From a phage, in the sequence record PZ386958.1: DNA of 64,000 bases. One strand, written 5' to 3'. This document shows positions 29,906-39,110 of this stretch, piece by piece. The notes beneath the pieces are model-generated. The model searched no databases. It was not told the origin of the DNA and was given only the letters and a program-made list of their open reading frames with translations. Positions within the stretch are counted from its first letter, which is position 1. Each line of letters opens with the position of its first letter. Both the position numbers and the translations under genes were made by a program.

Positions 29906-30241
29906 ATGAAAATCAAAGAGATGAACATCAACATTGTCTTAGAAGAACGTTGGGAGAACATCAAGAAGCCTGAAGATGGTCATAAGTTCCTTAACAAAAT
30001 CTTGGTAGCAGCTAAAGAAGAACTGACTGGCAAGGTCTCAGCAGCAATCACAATAAAGGTCTGCGTAAAAGGTCTTCCGCAACATCACCAATTTGCACTT
30101 GACGAGTTTAAAGAGAGCTTCTATAATCCAAACAAACAGATGCTTGAAAGTAACTTTGCAGTGTCTACAAGTATCGTCCATGACAGAAGCTTTATCCTTT
30201 ACAAAAATATGAGAGGTGAGTCATGCAAGCATATTGGATAG
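29906..30241 (+). CDS. Hypothetical protein
   Basis: 111-aa ORF. Confidence 0.35.
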   Translation: MKIKEMNINIVLEERWENIKKPEDGHKFLNKILVAAKEELTGKVSAAITIKVCVKGLPQHHQFALDEFKESFYNPNKQMLESNFAVSTSIVHDRSFILYKNMRGESCKHIG

Positions 30242-30399
30242 AAATTTTACTGTCACTTGGTAGTGTAGCAGTATTTGTTTACCTTCTTTGCAAGTACTAT
30301 GCAGAACACAAAAAATGTGACTTCTGTAATGGGGAAGGTTATACAAGAGCAGGTTGCTGCCCTATGTGTGGTGGTTCTGGTAAAATGTTTAATAAGTAA
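30223..30399 (+). CDS. Small membrane-anchored zinc-finger protein (58 aa), not in ORF track
   Basis: MQAYWIEILLSLGSVAVFVYLLCKYY then CDFCNGEGY...CCPMCGGSG (DnaJ-type CxxCxGxG repeats). Confidence 0.3.
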   Translation: MQAYWIEILLSLGSVAVFVYLLCKYYAEHKKCDFCNGEGYTRAGCCPMCGGSGKMFNK

Positions 30400-30427
30400 T
30401 TTAACAGTAAACTAAGAGGAAAGTATT

Positions 30428-32794
30428 ATGCGCATGGTAAACGACCACGCAGAAGTGATTAAGAGTTCAACTTCTTTAGAGACGTCTCAAGCACAGATTA
30501 CAATGACACCTGAAATGTTCAGCCTTTTGAGTTCTGGTGTATATACCTTTAAAGAAAGGGCAGTGATTCGTGAACTGTCATGTAACGCAGTAGATGCTCA
30601 GAAAGAAGCTGGAAAAGAGAATATTCCGTTCCATGTGCATTTACCTACTCGTTTTGAACCTTACTTTGAAGTCCGTGATTTTGGAACTGGATTGACTCAT
30701 GATAAAGTTATGAGTTTGTACCTAAACTACGGGGCTTCTACGAAGAATGACTCTAATGACTACATTGGTGCAATGGGTATCGGCTCAAAATCACCATTTG
30801 CAATTGCTCAGTCATTCACAGTGTCTAGCTATGTTGACGGTGTTGTTAATAAGTACTCTGTTTATCTTGAGAATGGTATCCCTCAAGTAACTAAACTGAC
30901 CACTAACCCAACAAAAGAACCTAATGGTTTAGCTGTACGTGTAGCAGTTGCTGACCACCGTATCTCAAAGTTCTTTGAAGAAGCTGGTCATGTATACTCA
31001 TACTTTGCTGTAAAACCAGAAAGTAATATCGAGTATGATGATGTATTAGCAGATATGAATGTCATTGCCCGTGAAGAAGGTGTTTATGATGCCATGATTC
31101 ATAAGCAAAGCTGGCGTTCTAGTGGTAACAGGACAGAGTTTAACGTGGTAATGGGTAACATTGCCTATCCAGTGAATATGGAAGCATTACTTGGTGATGA
31201 TTTCTTCAAAGTATTGCCAGAATTTTTCCGTAGGAGCGTAGACCTTGTAAACATATACATGCCTATTGGTTCAGTTGCTATCGCAGCTTCTCGTGAAGCA
31301 TTGCAGATGAATGACACGACAAAAAATGTTATCATCGAGGCTACTAAAAAGATAACTGAAGCAATTACAAAGGATGTTATCAAGAAAGTTAACAGTCAAC
31401 CTACACTCATGGATGCTGCACAGGCTTATGCTGAGTTACGTTTGAACTCACGAGAGATGTTTAATGCTGTGTGTCCAAAGCTAGAGTGGGGAGGCGTTAA
31501 GCTTGATTCTCTGGAAGAAGAATTGCTAAACATTCGTCGTGGAATTATCTACGCAGAAGACGGCTCAGTCATCTATGAACGTGATGGTAAGGGTAATATT
31601 AAGGTTGACAGCAAAGGAAACAATATCCCTAAAGTTGACTACCTATACAATCCAGTTGCTTATGTTAAGTTTAACTCTTTAGAGAGTAAGATTCGTGCAA
31701 CAGCACTTTCCTACACTCAAGAGGCGAGCATGTTCAATATCTTTGGTGCAATGCGTAAAAGCCAAATTGAACAGTTTTTGTTCGTGATTAATGACCGTCG
31801 CAATAAAAACGGTACTGAGAAGACTGTAGGCCGCAATCAGATTCTGCGTGGTGCATGTCGAGACTACGCCAGTGAGTCCAGTCTGTTTCACAGATATAAT
31901 GGTATTGTGTTTGTATTCTCGACTGAAAAAGAGTTAGATGATTTAATCAATCTACACAAACTTGATAAAAGCTTGCTAAAGATTGTGAAAATGTCTGATA
32001 AGGAACACCATTACCAGCGTAAAGAAGCTGTAAGAGGTGTTGTAAAACTCTGGAAAGCTGTTCCAGCAGAAGGTGTAGCCTCCTACAAAGAGGTGTCAGA
32101 GGACTTAGACACAATTGAAGAACCTCAGCTTTACATTAAGGCAATTGGTGACACAGTTGATGGTGAATGTTTTTGCTCATCCCCAGAAGATGTAGCTAAG
32201 TCAGTTGCTAATGTTATTGGAAAGACAGTCTATGTTTTCCGAAAAGCAAATTGGAAAAAGATACCAGAAGACTGGATTGAAGTAGATGAGAAGCTCTTGA
32301 ACGACAGCTTAACTGATGTTCATTGGATTAATCATAACAGGTATATGACACGCATCTACATGAATGGTGTTCTTGACCTTACAAGTAGCTGGATTATTGC
32401 CAGAAACTTTACATTCAATAATAGGAAGATTTCTCGTGGTTATTGCTATTCACGGGATACAAACAAAACTATCTTCCTAGAAGGTAATGAAGAGGCTGTA
32501 GAGGCAATGTTCGGTAAAATCCAATACGTTGCTGCACCGTTTGCATACACTTACACTGTTAGTAGATTGCAAACTTTGAAAGAATGCCTTGACAATGATA
32601 CAAAGCTGTACAAGAAAATTAAGAAAGCTGGTGACCGTATGGTCATTAAGGTGACAAACTATCTTTCAAAAAGAAAACAAGAAAACTTCTTGCTTTCTCA
32701 TTTAGATTGGAATAAAGTGTCACCCATCGAAGTGAGTAAGTTCTTAGGTTTTGATGTGAAGTGTGTTCCAGAGGGGACTACAATTTACGATTAA
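30428..32794 (+). CDS. rIIA-like protein (GHKL ATPase-fold N-terminus)
   Basis: 788 aa; PEMFSLLSSGVYTFKERAVIRELSCNAVDAQ, RDFGTGL and SNDYIGAMGIGSKSPF parallel T4 rIIA N-terminal motifs as recalled. Confidence 0.65.
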   Translation: MRMVNDHAEVIKSSTSLETSQAQITMTPEMFSLLSSGVYTFKERAVIRELSCNAVDAQKEAGKENIPFHVHLPTRFEPYFEVRDFGTGLTHDKVMSLYLNYGASTKNDSNDYIGAMGIGSKSPFAIAQSFTVSSYVDGVVNKYSVYLENGIPQVTKLTTNPTKEPNGLAVRVAVADHRISKFFEEAGHVYSYFAVKPESNIEYDDVLADMNVIAREEGVYDAMIHKQSWRSSGNRTEFNVVMGNIAYPVNMEALLGDDFFKVLPEFFRRSVDLVNIYMPIGSVAIAASREALQMNDTTKNVIIEATKKITEAITKDVIKKVNSQPTLMDAAQAYAELRLNSREMFNAVCPKLEWGGVKLDSLEEELLNIRRGIIYAEDGSVIYERDGKGNIKVDSKGNNIPKVDYLYNPVAYVKFNSLESKIRATALSYTQEASMFNIFGAMRKSQIEQFLFVINDRRNKNGTEKTVGRNQILRGACRDYASESSLFHRYNGIVFVFSTEKELDDLINLHKLDKSLLKIVKMSDKEHHYQRKEAVRGVVKLWKAVPAEGVASYKEVSEDLDTIEEPQLYIKAIGDTVDGECFCSSPEDVAKSVANVIGKTVYVFRKANWKKIPEDWIEVDEKLLNDSLTDVHWINHNRYMTRIYMNGVLDLTSSWIIARNFTFNNRKISRGYCYSRDTNKTIFLEGNEEAVEAMFGKIQYVAAPFAYTYTVSRLQTLKECLDNDTKLYKKIKKAGDRMVIKVTNYLSKRKQENFLLSHLDWNKVSPIEVSKFLGFDVKCVPEGTTIYD

Positions 32795-32876
32795 AAATGT
32801 TTGACAAGGGGCTTCAAAGCCCCTTAGAATAACCTCACAAAATGATTTATTAACTAACAAAAGAGAGAGTAACAAG

Positions 32877-33986
32877 ATGACTACTAAAACTAAAGCACAG
32901 ATTGACGCAGAAATTTACAAACTGGTTAAAGAAGGCAAGCTGACTAAAACAGCTATTGCACAGAAGTTCAATACTTCAACCCGTTCAGTTGGTCGTGCTG
33001 TAGAGCGTCATGAAGCAACCTTAAAGGGTAAGAAAAAGGCAACTTCTACACCAGCTACGAAGACTTTGAAACAAGTTGCTAAGACTTTTAAAAAGAAAGC
33101 TGGCAAACCAGTTGAAAAGGTTGTTAAAGATGCTGTACAGAAAGCTCCAGTAAATAAACTGCATGAAGCTATGCAGAATGGCGACCAGATTGAGTACATG
33201 ATTACTGGTGACTCTGTTATCATGACTTTCGGTGCAGATTCTGAAATTGTTGAATCTACCCATCCGAACTACAAAGAAATCGTGATGGCTGTTGTATCCG
33301 GTGAGTATAAGAAAGCTTTCGAACTGATGAACATTCGTAAGTCTATCGAAAACTTCACTCAGGGTGCTATCACCATCAAAGGTGACAAGTTATTCTACGG
33401 TGCTGTTGAGATGCGTTCTACTCTGGTTGACCGTATTCTTCACATGATGAAGACTGGAGATAAAGGTTTTGAACGCCTTGTGATGTTCTTCGAAAAACTG
33501 ATGGAAAACCCATCTAAAGATTCTGTAGAACAACTTTGGGGATTCGTATCTCACCTTGATGTTGAAATTGATGAAGAAGGTTACATCATTGGTTGGAAGA
33601 AAGTCTCTACTCATGAAGGCAAGCTGGTTGACTCCCACACCTACAGAGTACCTAATGATTTGGGTAACATTGTAGAAATGCCACGTTGGATGGTTGATAA
33701 TAACCGTAACGTGACTTGCTCTCAGGGTCTTCACGTTGGTGCTTGGGATTATGTTCGTTGCTTCTCAGGTGATACAATCCTGAAGGTTCGTGTCCATCCA
33801 CGAGATGTTGTATCTGTTCCAACTGATTACAACGATATGAAGATGCGTTCGTCTCGTTATGAAGTTGCAGCAATCGTTGATAATCAACGTAAAGTGCTGA
33901 AAGAATGGGATGGCAAGACTGAAGCTTTGCATGTCATCGTTGGCACTGCTGGTGAACTAATCTCCCAACGTAAACGTGAAATCTAA
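32877..33986 (+). CDS. rIIB-like protein (by position after rIIA; lysine-rich N-terminus)
   Basis: 369 aa; assignment mainly by synteny. Confidence 0.35.
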   Translation: MTTKTKAQIDAEIYKLVKEGKLTKTAIAQKFNTSTRSVGRAVERHEATLKGKKKATSTPATKTLKQVAKTFKKKAGKPVEKVVKDAVQKAPVNKLHEAMQNGDQIEYMITGDSVIMTFGADSEIVESTHPNYKEIVMAVVSGEYKKAFELMNIRKSIENFTQGAITIKGDKLFYGAVEMRSTLVDRILHMMKTGDKGFERLVMFFEKLMENPSKDSVEQLWGFVSHLDVEIDEEGYIIGWKKVSTHEGKLVDSHTYRVPNDLGNIVEMPRWMVDNNRNVTCSQGLHVGAWDYVRCFSGDTILKVRVHPRDVVSVPTDYNDMKMRSSRYEVAAIVDNQRKVLKEWDGKTEALHVIVGTAGELISQRKREI

Positions 33987-34002
33987 TAAGTAATTTCTTA
34001 AA

Positions 34003-34027
34003 AGGCTGCTTCGGCGGCCTTTTTTAT
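34003..34027 (+). terminator. Intrinsic terminator (aaaggctgcttcggcggccttttttat)
   Basis: Stem, TTCG loop, T-run. Confidence 0.6.
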
Positions 34028-34086
34028 TTGTATTTTGTGCAGAGTGCTGTATAATTGTTGTCACGATAAACTAAACAGGAGAACCA

Positions 34087-34635
34087 ATGAAGAAATTGAT
34101 TCTAGGTTTGTGCTTAATGTTTACAGCACACTTATCTTATGCAGTTGACTGCCCAGAGCTATCAATTAGTCAAAAAGTAAACATGTTAAAAGCTTACCAG
34201 TATGGTGAGAATAACATGGGCAAAGGTTGGGGTATCACTCTAGCTGCTATAGCCTTACAAGAGTCAGAGTTAGGTCTGAAGGTAGAGAATAAAAAGACAC
34301 ATGATTATGGTATTTTCCAGAATCACTTGAAGACTGTTGTAAAGCGTAACAAAATTAGTCCTAATGTGGCTAAAAAGAAACTTTTAAAAGACTTTGACTA
34401 TGCTGCGAAGGAAACCCACAAAGAACTTGAGTTTTGGACAAAGGTGCATGGTCAGCCAAAGTCAAAGAAAACTTTACAAAAAGTTTTAGCATCATATAAT
34501 GCTGGGTATTCGTACAGAATCCCTAAAGCTAAGAAATATTCTCAAGATGTTTATAACAACATGAAAGTTATTGCCCAATGTGAATTTGCAACAAACATTT
34601 CTAAGGTAAACCATGAAAAAATTAAGAAAGTCTGA
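34087..34635 (+). CDS. Secreted protein, possible lytic transglycosylase-like
   Basis: 182 aa; signal peptide MKKLILGLCLMFTAHLSYA; ALQESELG...YGIFQ resembles SLT catalytic region; weak. Confidence 0.35.
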   Translation: MKKLILGLCLMFTAHLSYAVDCPELSISQKVNMLKAYQYGENNMGKGWGITLAAIALQESELGLKVENKKTHDYGIFQNHLKTVVKRNKISPNVAKKKLLKDFDYAAKETHKELEFWTKVHGQPKSKKTLQKVLASYNAGYSYRIPKAKKYSQDVYNNMKVIAQCEFATNISKVNHEKIKKV

Positions 34636-35308
34636 TGAAGTATTGTGCCATGCTTATGACTTGCATCCTCATGAGTTAGGTCTTGATTCCTGTGTATGGA
34701 CTCCAGAACAGTGTAGGGATTTTGAAGACACCGCAAGAGAAGTTGTATGCTCACTTGAAGAGTTCCACACATCAGAACCAATTGTGAACGTTGTGGACAA
34801 AGAGACTGGACAATCCATAGGTGTAAAACGTGACAGTTTAGTCATAGTCAATAAAGACCTTGTAGAAAAAGGGAATCTTATCTTAGCAGATATTGATGGT
34901 GTTCTTACAAATTTTAATCACGAAGATTGTTCAACAGAATTGACTGATGGTTCATTTTCACAGTACACTAATCTTCTTGACTCTGTAAGAGCAAAACCAA
35001 CGTATGTTTTCAATATCATTGATGCAATTGCTAATCATGCTGCTGTTGGACTCTTGACAGCCAGAGGTGATTCTCAGAGAATACCTACTGAGATGTTCTT
35101 GAGGCACAATATAGAGCATGATTACATGCTTTTTATGCGTGGTTTTGGAACTAACTCTCTAAGTGCAGAAAGTTTAAAAGTGAGGATGATTCAGTCTTGC
35201 ATTCTTCCTTACTTTAATATAGTATGTTTTATAGAAGATACAGAGAAGAATGTTCAGAAGGTAAACAGAATCCTTCCACACATCAAAACCATGTTAGTTA
35301 AACATTGA
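34613..35308 (+). CDS. HAD-superfamily hydrolase-like protein (possible nucleotidase)
   Basis: 231 aa; LADIDGVLTNFN resembles HAD motif I DxDGxL. Confidence 0.35.
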   Translation: MKKLRKSDEVLCHAYDLHPHELGLDSCVWTPEQCRDFEDTAREVVCSLEEFHTSEPIVNVVDKETGQSIGVKRDSLVIVNKDLVEKGNLILADIDGVLTNFNHEDCSTELTDGSFSQYTNLLDSVRAKPTYVFNIIDAIANHAAVGLLTARGDSQRIPTEMFLRHNIEHDYMLFMRGFGTNSLSAESLKVRMIQSCILPYFNIVCFIEDTEKNVQKVNRILPHIKTMLVKH

Positions 35309-35318
35309 GAGAAAACTT

Positions 35319-35783
35319 ATGAACAATATCATTACGGTAGCACTGGACGTTACGGAAAACAAATCTGAAGTAGTTCGTAACATTATCAAGAGCAACTTTG
35401 AGGGTAAAATCTTCCGCGCTGTCAATGTAAAAGCAGACGGCAATATCCGAGAGTATCGTGCTCTTCTGAATGTTAAGAAACACGTCAAAGGTGCTGGTTC
35501 AACGACAGCACACAAAGAAAATTTGATGACAATCTATGATATGGGTATGGCTTCAGAGTTAGGTGCTGAAGGTATCGTTAAAGAAGGTGCTCCGTATCGC
35601 TCTTTCAATCTGGAAACTGCTCTTATGCTTTCCTTTACAAGTGGTTCTAAAACAACTACTTATCTCTTTACTGATGCTGCAACGGTATCTGCTATTAAGG
35701 ATAGCACTGTCAAAGCTGGGGTAGCTGCTGCTGCAAAAGCTTCTTCGATGGCTGCAAATGTCCTTGCTAAAGTCCTCAGTTAA
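35319..35783 (+). CDS. Hypothetical protein
   Basis: 154-aa ORF. Confidence 0.35.
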   Translation: MNNIITVALDVTENKSEVVRNIIKSNFEGKIFRAVNVKADGNIREYRALLNVKKHVKGAGSTTAHKENLMTIYDMGMASELGAEGIVKEGAPYRSFNLETALMLSFTSGSKTTTYLFTDAATVSAIKDSTVKAGVAAAAKASSMAANVLAKVLS

Positions 35784-35794
35784 GGTTAAGATAC

Positions 35795-35817
35795 AGGCTC
35801 CTTCGGGAGCCTTTTTA
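35795..35817 (+). terminator. Intrinsic terminator (caggctccttcgggagccttttt)
   Basis: Stem, TTCG loop, T-run; same hairpin recurs at 37549. Confidence 0.6.
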
Positions 35818-35834
35818 AATTTCAAGGAGTATTA

Positions 35835-36719
35835 ATGAAACCAATGTTCAAATATCTTGGTGGTAAAACAAGAATATTAAAAGAGTATGAGCGTTTAGGT
35901 GTCTTTCCAGACAACTGTAAAAACTTCTATGACCTGTTTTCAGGTGGTGGTTCAGTAGCTATCTGGGCTTATAACAGATACCCAGAGGCAAAAGTGTTTA
36001 TTAATGAGATAAATAAACATATTATAGGTCTTTACACAACTTTCAGAGATGACTATGAAAACTTCATGGAAGAATTTGAGTACTTGTCAAAGAGGTACTT
36101 AGCCTTACCTATGCAGGAAGAGTATGCCGTGAAAGGCCAGCGTCATAACCGTCTACGCTATAAAATGTATTACAGTGTAAGAGAAGAACTTCTTTTGCTT
36201 GGTGAAGAAGGAACATATGACTACAGGTACTATGCCAGACAGTTTTTCCTTCAAAAACTAAGTTTTGGTGGAGTATGGCAGACTACTAAAGAGATGAGAG
36301 GTCACTATGCAACACCTTGTGGGTATTTACTGGAAGAAGAGATTTTCTTCACAAAAACTAAAAAATCACTATCCGAGTTTTACAGTTTTATCACCGATGA
36401 AAGGGTAATACTTAGCAGTGAACCTTATGACAGGGTTGACATAAAACATGGAGAAGACACAGTTATTTACTGTGACCCTCCATATATCAACACCAACCAG
36501 AAATATGGTGTAAAGTTTGACATTGAGATGTCTGTAAAATTATGCGAAGATATGGTTTCTTGGGGGGAGTTAGGCTCTAAAGTTTTGATGTCAAACTCTC
36601 AGTGGGATGGATGGGCAAACCTAATTCCTGAAAATTTTAACTTGACAGAGGTTAGTCATTCATACACAATACATGCACAGAGAAGCAAAGATATTAGCGA
36701 AGTAATTATTCACAACTAA
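35835..36719 (+). CDS. DNA N6-adenine methyltransferase (Dam-like)
   Basis: 294 aa; N-terminal FKYLGGK and catalytic DPPY (VIYCDPPYINT). Confidence 0.65.
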   Translation: MKPMFKYLGGKTRILKEYERLGVFPDNCKNFYDLFSGGGSVAIWAYNRYPEAKVFINEINKHIIGLYTTFRDDYENFMEEFEYLSKRYLALPMQEEYAVKGQRHNRLRYKMYYSVREELLLLGEEGTYDYRYYARQFFLQKLSFGGVWQTTKEMRGHYATPCGYLLEEEIFFTKTKKSLSEFYSFITDERVILSSEPYDRVDIKHGEDTVIYCDPPYINTNQKYGVKFDIEMSVKLCEDMVSWGELGSKVLMSNSQWDGWANLIPENFNLTEVSHSYTIHAQRSKDISEVIIHN

Positions 36720-36730
36720 GGTATCAAGTT

Positions 36731-37543
36731 ATGGCAAACAGCATCAATGTAGCACTGAATGGCAAGGTTGTTAAAATTCACACTAAGATTATCAGTGTCG
36801 AGGATTTTCTTAATGAAAAACGTTACAAAGAAAACCCTCGTCAACGAAATACACTTAAGCGTCTGAAAAGCAAACACCTTAATGGTGACGTATCACCAGA
36901 CCAAACAGTAGTTCATGTGGCTAAGTTCGGTAGTTCACTGTTCATCATTGATGGGCACTCACGTCGAGAGGCATGGAAAGTTGGTAACCTGACACGACCA
37001 GAAAACTTGATTGCAGTTATATACCATGTGAACTCCATATTGGATGTCACAGATTTGTACACTCATTTTGACTCTGAGTTAGCAAGAGAAAAACCTTCAG
37101 AAGTTTATTACGGAAATATGAAGATGATTTCTTTCAACCCAGAGTCAGAACTGATGAAAGCATCTTGGGCAACTGCTATTAAGTATGTTGCTGCATATTA
37201 CGGTGTGCAACAAGTCTCTAACACTGAAACAGTTAAATACCTTAATGACTTTAAAAATGAGCTGGAACAAATTGATTCTCTTGAAGTACAGCTTAAAGGT
37301 GTAGTAAACGCAAAACGGAAGTATTCTTCTGGGATTCGTGCAGCAATGTTAATTACACTACGCCTATATGGTGATGCTGCATTTTCCTTTTGGGAAGACT
37401 ATAATGACTACTGTGAAGGTATGTCTAACAAATATGTTACAGAGGCATACCAACTTGCATTACAAGCTGGTCGCGGAGCACAGGCTGATAAGTTGTTGAT
37501 GAATCAAGCGATTTCACTTGTCAACTATTACAGTCAAGAATAA
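36731..37543 (+). CDS. ParB/Srx-like nuclease domain protein
   Basis: 270 aa; FIIDGHSRREAW resembles ParB-type DGxHR motif. Confidence 0.4.
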   Translation: MANSINVALNGKVVKIHTKIISVEDFLNEKRYKENPRQRNTLKRLKSKHLNGDVSPDQTVVHVAKFGSSLFIIDGHSRREAWKVGNLTRPENLIAVIYHVNSILDVTDLYTHFDSELAREKPSEVYYGNMKMISFNPESELMKASWATAIKYVAAYYGVQQVSNTETVKYLNDFKNELEQIDSLEVQLKGVVNAKRKYSSGIRAAMLITLRLYGDAAFSFWEDYNDYCEGMSNKYVTEAYQLALQAGRGAQADKLLMNQAISLVNYYSQE

Positions 37544-37548
37544 TACAC

Positions 37549-37571
37549 AGGCTCCTTCGGGAGCCTTTTTC
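37549..37571 (+). terminator. Intrinsic terminator (caggctccttcgggagcctttttc)
   Basis: Stem, TTCG loop, T-run. Confidence 0.6.
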
Positions 37572-37589
37572 ATTTCAGGAGATTGTTAA

Positions 37590-37937
37590 ATGACATTTAA
37601 AGAGTTCTGTCAAGCTACTTTCATAATTGTTTTCTTAGTTGGTGCAGGTGTCTGGGGAGGATACTCTTACAGAGACTATCAAGTTGCTGAAACTGAGCTA
37701 AACAATCAAAAGCTCATAAGTGTTGCTAAAGATGCTTATCAGGAAGGATTAGTTACACTGAGCACCAATTACAAAAATGATTTGAAAGATGTGCTTGCTA
37801 AGAATAAGCATACAAAAGAGGTACTAACATATGAAAAAACTAAGCCAGAGTTTTATAATGTTTGTGTTACTGATAACTATGTCAGGGTGTTCAACGAACA
37901 AAGTGAGCAGTACATTCAAAAACTCCCAAGTAAGTGA
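37590..37937 (+). CDS. Membrane-anchored protein (N-terminal TM helix)
   Basis: 115 aa; FIIVFLVGAGVWGG hydrophobic segment. Confidence 0.35.
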   Translation: MTFKEFCQATFIIVFLVGAGVWGGYSYRDYQVAETELNNQKLISVAKDAYQEGLVTLSTNYKNDLKDVLAKNKHTKEVLTYEKTKPEFYNVCVTDNYVRVFNEQSEQYIQKLPSK

Positions 37938-38100
37938 GAGCGATAAGTACACTCAAGAAGAATCACGGTATATCATCAAAGGCAACACAGGCAGCGATGT
38001 AGCAGCAGCCCTTGAGTTCTATCGTGACGGCTTTTACCAGTGCACAATCAAAGCTAATAACCTTATTGATATGATTTTATTAGGAAACAAACAGCAATGA
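37831..38100 (+). CDS. Putative lipoprotein (overlaps preceding gene in another frame)
   Basis: 89 aa; signal and lipobox-like LITMSGCS. Confidence 0.35.
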   Translation: MKKLSQSFIMFVLLITMSGCSTNKVSSTFKNSQVSESDKYTQEESRYIIKGNTGSDVAAALEFYRDGFYQCTIKANNLIDMILLGNKQQ

Positions 38101-38366
38101 CAGAGAATGAAGACACTTTCTATGTAGAAGGGTACTTACTGCTACCACGACCAAAAGAAACTTATATGCGGTTTGATTTCTCACCAACCATTATGGATAA
38201 TGTGATGTGTCATATCTTTATGCAAGGTGTCACAGCACAGCTTAAGCATGTTGGTAAAGAGTGCAAAATAAAGGTTGACACTCATCCAGAAATCAAAGAG
38301 AATCACTACACATGGTTCTTACCAGACTCTAAAGAAATCTTAGCAGTTCTAAAAACGAGGAAGTAA
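38097..38366 (+). CDS. Hypothetical small protein
   Basis: 89-aa ORF. Confidence 0.3.
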   Translation: MTENEDTFYVEGYLLLPRPKETYMRFDFSPTIMDNVMCHIFMQGVTAQLKHVGKECKIKVDTHPEIKENHYTWFLPDSKEILAVLKTRK

Positions 38367-38368
38367 CT

Positions 38369-38692
38369 ATGCAGATTAATGGAAGAGACTTTGTAGCCGT
38401 TTACTATGAGAACGATAAAGAAGTTGGTGTAGCACAGGTAACCTATGGCAATGGTAAGTGGCTATATGGAACAATCGCAGTAGTTGGAACAAGAAGTGAT
38501 ACAAAAACTTTTAAAGATTGTGTTGACCTTCTTGAAGAATCCATCCACAATCATTGGTGTCTGATATGGATGACTGATAACGAAGTGATAGAACGCTTCA
38601 AAAAGATTGGTATCAACATTGATAGCATTGAGCATGTTGATTTGTATGAGCTAACTGAGAAGGTAAGCTATGAAAGCTCTAGAGGTAATTGA
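38369..38692 (+). CDS. Hypothetical small protein
   Basis: 107-aa ORF. Confidence 0.3.
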   Translation: MQINGRDFVAVYYENDKEVGVAQVTYGNGKWLYGTIAVVGTRSDTKTFKDCVDLLEESIHNHWCLIWMTDNEVIERFKKIGINIDSIEHVDLYELTEKVSYESSRGN

Positions 38693-38897
38693 CAAAGATA
38701 CTGGAGAAGTCACGTCAGCATGTGTTTTCGTGAGTCACGACACAGTGATACCATTTTACAGCCTCGACAGTTTTAGTTTTACAGGGACAACTCCAGAGGA
38801 ATACTTTGAAGACCTCACCTTTGCCAGAATCTCTATAGACACATTCTATAAATGCTTCTATGATGAAGGTAAAGAATTACGAGAAACTGAACTATAA
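38670..38897 (+). CDS. Hypothetical small protein
   Basis: 75-aa ORF. Confidence 0.3.
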   Translation: MKALEVIDKDTGEVTSACVFVSHDTVIPFYSLDSFSFTGTTPEEYFEDLTFARISIDTFYKCFYDEGKELRETEL

Positions 38898-38909
38898 GGT
38901 GTATATTAT

Positions 38910-39110
38910 ATGGCTGACTTCTGCAAAGACTGTTCTATCGAAATGTTCGGACGTGATACAGGTGACTTAAAAGGTCTCATCACTGAAGATGACTTTAAAG
39001 CTGGTTATGCAATGCCAGTAATCTGTGAAGGTTGCGGGTGTATCTGGGTAGACCACGAAGGACAACGTGTAAAACCTTCAGAAGATAAAGAATCTTGGGA
39101 GAGATGTTAA
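38910..39110 (+). CDS. Small cysteine-containing protein
   Basis: 66 aa; CKDC ... CEGCGC. Confidence 0.3.
   Translation: MADFCKDCSIEMFGRDTGDLKGLITEDDFKAGYAMPVICEGCGCIWVDHEGQRVKPSEDKESWERC

Noticed and set aside
37590-38100. Spanin pair (i-spanin/o-spanin) based on a TM protein overlapping a lipoprotein ORF
   Set aside because: The lysozyme gene is about 16 kb away on the other strand with no adjacent holin, and the lipobox assignment is weak. Retained only as membrane protein and putative lipoprotein calls.
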